From Amoebophrya sp. A120 (taxonomy: Eukaryota; Protista; Dinoflagellata), in the NCBI GenBank assembly GCA_905178155.1, contig CAJINV010000002.1, positions 6,490,476 to 6,554,475 on the forward strand: 64,000 nucleotides of DNA, in the 5' to 3' direction. Position numbers and translations under genes: made by a program. This document shows, in pieces, positions 61,827 through 64,000 of the stretch. The notes under the pieces were generated by a model. That model saw only the letters and a program-made list of their open reading frames with translations, was not told where the DNA came from and ran no database searches. The first letter of the stretch is position 1; every line of letters begins with the position of its first letter.

Positions 61827-62764
61827 ATAAATGCGGGGCGGTGGCGTTGTATTTACTAGGAGGGGTTCTATGCCGGCATTCCAGCGCGAGCGCGCAAAGC
61901 GGTCCTACATCCTTCCTGCTACCTCGATCTGAATAAATGTTGCGACGATCATTCTAAGTTCCAGTCAATGTGGCCAGGAAGCAGGATGTTTTTGAAACGC
62001 GACAGTGTACTCAGTCTCTATTGGTCTTCATTTGAGTACACACGTACGTATGTGAAAATCACCCGCTTTCTATTTTCTTTTCGTCAGAAGTGAAGGGCGA
62101 CTTGTGTCTGCTCTTCAAACACCTTCCTTACTACATAGAATCATCGAGGAGCGGGTATGCACGTGCTCTTTGCAGGGTCCGTGTGCAAACAAGCGAAAAT
62201 GACGAAAATGTTATATGATACTCCACAGTAAAAGTTTTTTTTGTTATTTCTATTTCCCGGCCATCGGCATGCCAGATGTCACGATTTTTTTGTTTTTGGC
62301 ATGGGAAGTAAAAAAGACTGGCTCGAAATTAGCACTTGACGTAGGACGAAGAGCATTCCTTTCATGTATGATCGATAAGTGTGTTTTACCGTTTTGGAAG
62401 AAGCAGATTCCACGACTAAGTGCCGGTGCTGTTGGCAATGTGATAAAACATTTCACATCAAGTGTTCGACATGTACGACGATCGTTAATTCCGCGGAATG
62501 ACAGCTCAAGCCTTGTAGTTCTTCTTCCCGGGTGATTCGTTTCGAAAAATAGCCATCATAATTGATCTCTGCGGTAGTTTTCATATATGTCTTCTTCCGA
62601 CTACGCACTGACATTGTGTTGTGCAAAAAATCAAGTAGGCCTCAGCTGCTCTGAGCGCGAGCCAAACAGAGCAGATCTGCTTCCTGGATCTAAGGGCTGT
62701 ATGCTCATGTTTGTCTACTGATATTATTCTTGAGAAAATTTCAGTTTTTTACAAGTAAAAGAGA

Positions 62765-64000
62765 ATGCATTTCGTGTTTCTTTGTGCCTCTAGTACAACT
62801 AGAGGAACGACCAGGCGGGCGACCTCCTCGTCGTCTAGTTCTGCCAAACGCTTTTTCTCCAGCGCGTCATCTGCCGTGGCAGGCAGTTCCTCCTTCGCAG
62901 CCGAGTCTAACAGCAGCTTGCGCCGTAGGGCACGGAAGCTGGGTGTGAACCCAGCCGCCGCGCTATTTCAGCAGCATGATGATCAAATACTGCAGCCCCC
63001 GTCTGGAAGTAGTAGTAGAACAGGACAGAAACAGATGCAGACCAACGCCAACGATCCCAACTTGGATGCGGAATTCAACAACGAACTGAAGCGGCGTGCG
63101 CGGCCAAAGGGGAAGGAGAAATACCGAATCACGCAAGACTTTCTCGAGGCGGAAAAAGAGGAGCGAGACACGGTGCTGATGCCCAAAGACAACGTGCTCG
63201 AATCGCTGCAGAAAAAAGCGGTGGAGACCAAAGCGGAACTGAAGGCGAAGAAGATCCGCTTGCAGGAGAAGGAGCGCATTGCGCGCTCGAAGGTGGTCCC
63301 AGAACTCGGGTTCTGCAGGATCCCGCCCAGGAATGTCAACAAACGGAGTTGGTCGGAGGAAAGTTTATTGCAGGATGAAAATGATGGTTCCGGCTTCCGG
63401 CAAGAAGCAGAAGATATTAATAACGGCGACAAGTCTACTTCATCATGCACCTCCGCTCGCGAAGGACGAGAAAAGGAAAACCAAACCGCCGAAACCGGGA
63501 GTACGTTGGCTAGTGCACAGGAAGTTGCTGATGCGTATTTTGGTTCTACCAAGCGAGCGTTTCTCGGCCGCGAGGGAACATCAAGATCGACTGACCTAGG
63601 TCACGCGAGGGACAGCACAGCCGGTCGCAGAGCCGTCTCTTCTCGACCTGAGCCGGAGCCGCTGCCGTCGCAGCCGTTGGGAAGAATGACGCCAGACGTT
63701 TTGTTTTCCCGAATAAATAAGTCCGCTCCAAGTAGCAGTGCAAAACTTGTTCCACCCACCTCGGCGTGGTCTCACACCAGCATCATGAGCAGTGCAAGTG
63801 GACGAGGACAGCACCAAAAACACACCGACGACCACAATGCCGTGAAGTCGGTGGGTGGACTGGTCAGGAAATTGTGGAATTTGAACAAGAGTGGAGCTGC
63901 AGCTATTTCTGTAGCGAATCGACCACCAGCACAGAGTTCCTCCAGTTGTGGCTCAGCTTCAACATCACAAGAAATTTTCGAAATCCTAGACAGATTGAAA
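62765..64000 (+). CDS. 3'-partial hypothetical protein, runs off the window
   Basis: Frame read by hand is open from ATG 62765 (or 63035) to the window end; charged coiled-coil-like segment LQKKAVETKAELKAKKIRLQEKER. Confidence 0.65.
   Translation, partial: MHFVFLCASSTTRGTTRRATSSSSSSAKRFFSSASSAVAGSSSFAAESNSSLRRRARKLGVNPAAALFQQHDDQILQPPSGSSSRTGQKQMQTNANDPNLDAEFNNELKRRARPKGKEKYRITQDFLEAEKEERDTVLMPKDNVLESLQKKAVETKAELKAKKIRLQEKERIARSKVVPELGFCRIPPRNVNKRSWSEESLLQDENDGSGFRQEAEDINNGDKSTSSCTSAREGREKENQTAETGSTLASAQEVADAYFGSTKRAFLGREGTSRSTDLGHARDSTAGRRAVSSRPEPEPLPSQPLGRMTPDVLFSRINKSAPSSSAKLVPPTSAWSHTSIMSSASGRGQHQKHTDDHNAVKSVGGLVRKLWNLNKSGAAAISVANRPPAQSSSSCGSASTSQEIFEILDRLK

Overview
Eukaryotic, gene-dense window in which every credible gene lies on the + strand. 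Architecture most resembles Amoebophrya-type (Syndiniales) dinoflagellate genomes; this taxonomic call is inferred. The dominant feature is an invasion of coding exons by 21 complete and 1 partial short (136-330 bp) non-autonomous elements from at least 7 sequence families. Each complete element starts TAT, ends ATA (one ends AGA), has ~25-35 bp terminal inverted repeats (TIRs) and is flanked by a 5-bp target-site duplication (TSD). Removing element + one TSD copy by hand restores an open, often conserved, reading frame in all 21 cases. However, 18 of 21 cannot give GT/GC-AG boundaries, and the same families occur in both orientations relative to the transcript. They therefore look like non-canonical introner introns or precisely excised DNA elements. 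Host genes include a ~5,600-aa TRANK1-like double helicase, an Avt3/4-like amino-acid transporter, a predicted acylated ~950-aa protein and a predicted type-I membrane protein with a putative macrodomain-like fold. Also present: an FHA protein with canonical introns, a rhodanese with a partial duplicate, a coactosin-like protein, a perfect foldback MITE and two GC-rich blocks that may be assembly noise. No transposase, RNA gene or CRISPR array was recognised.
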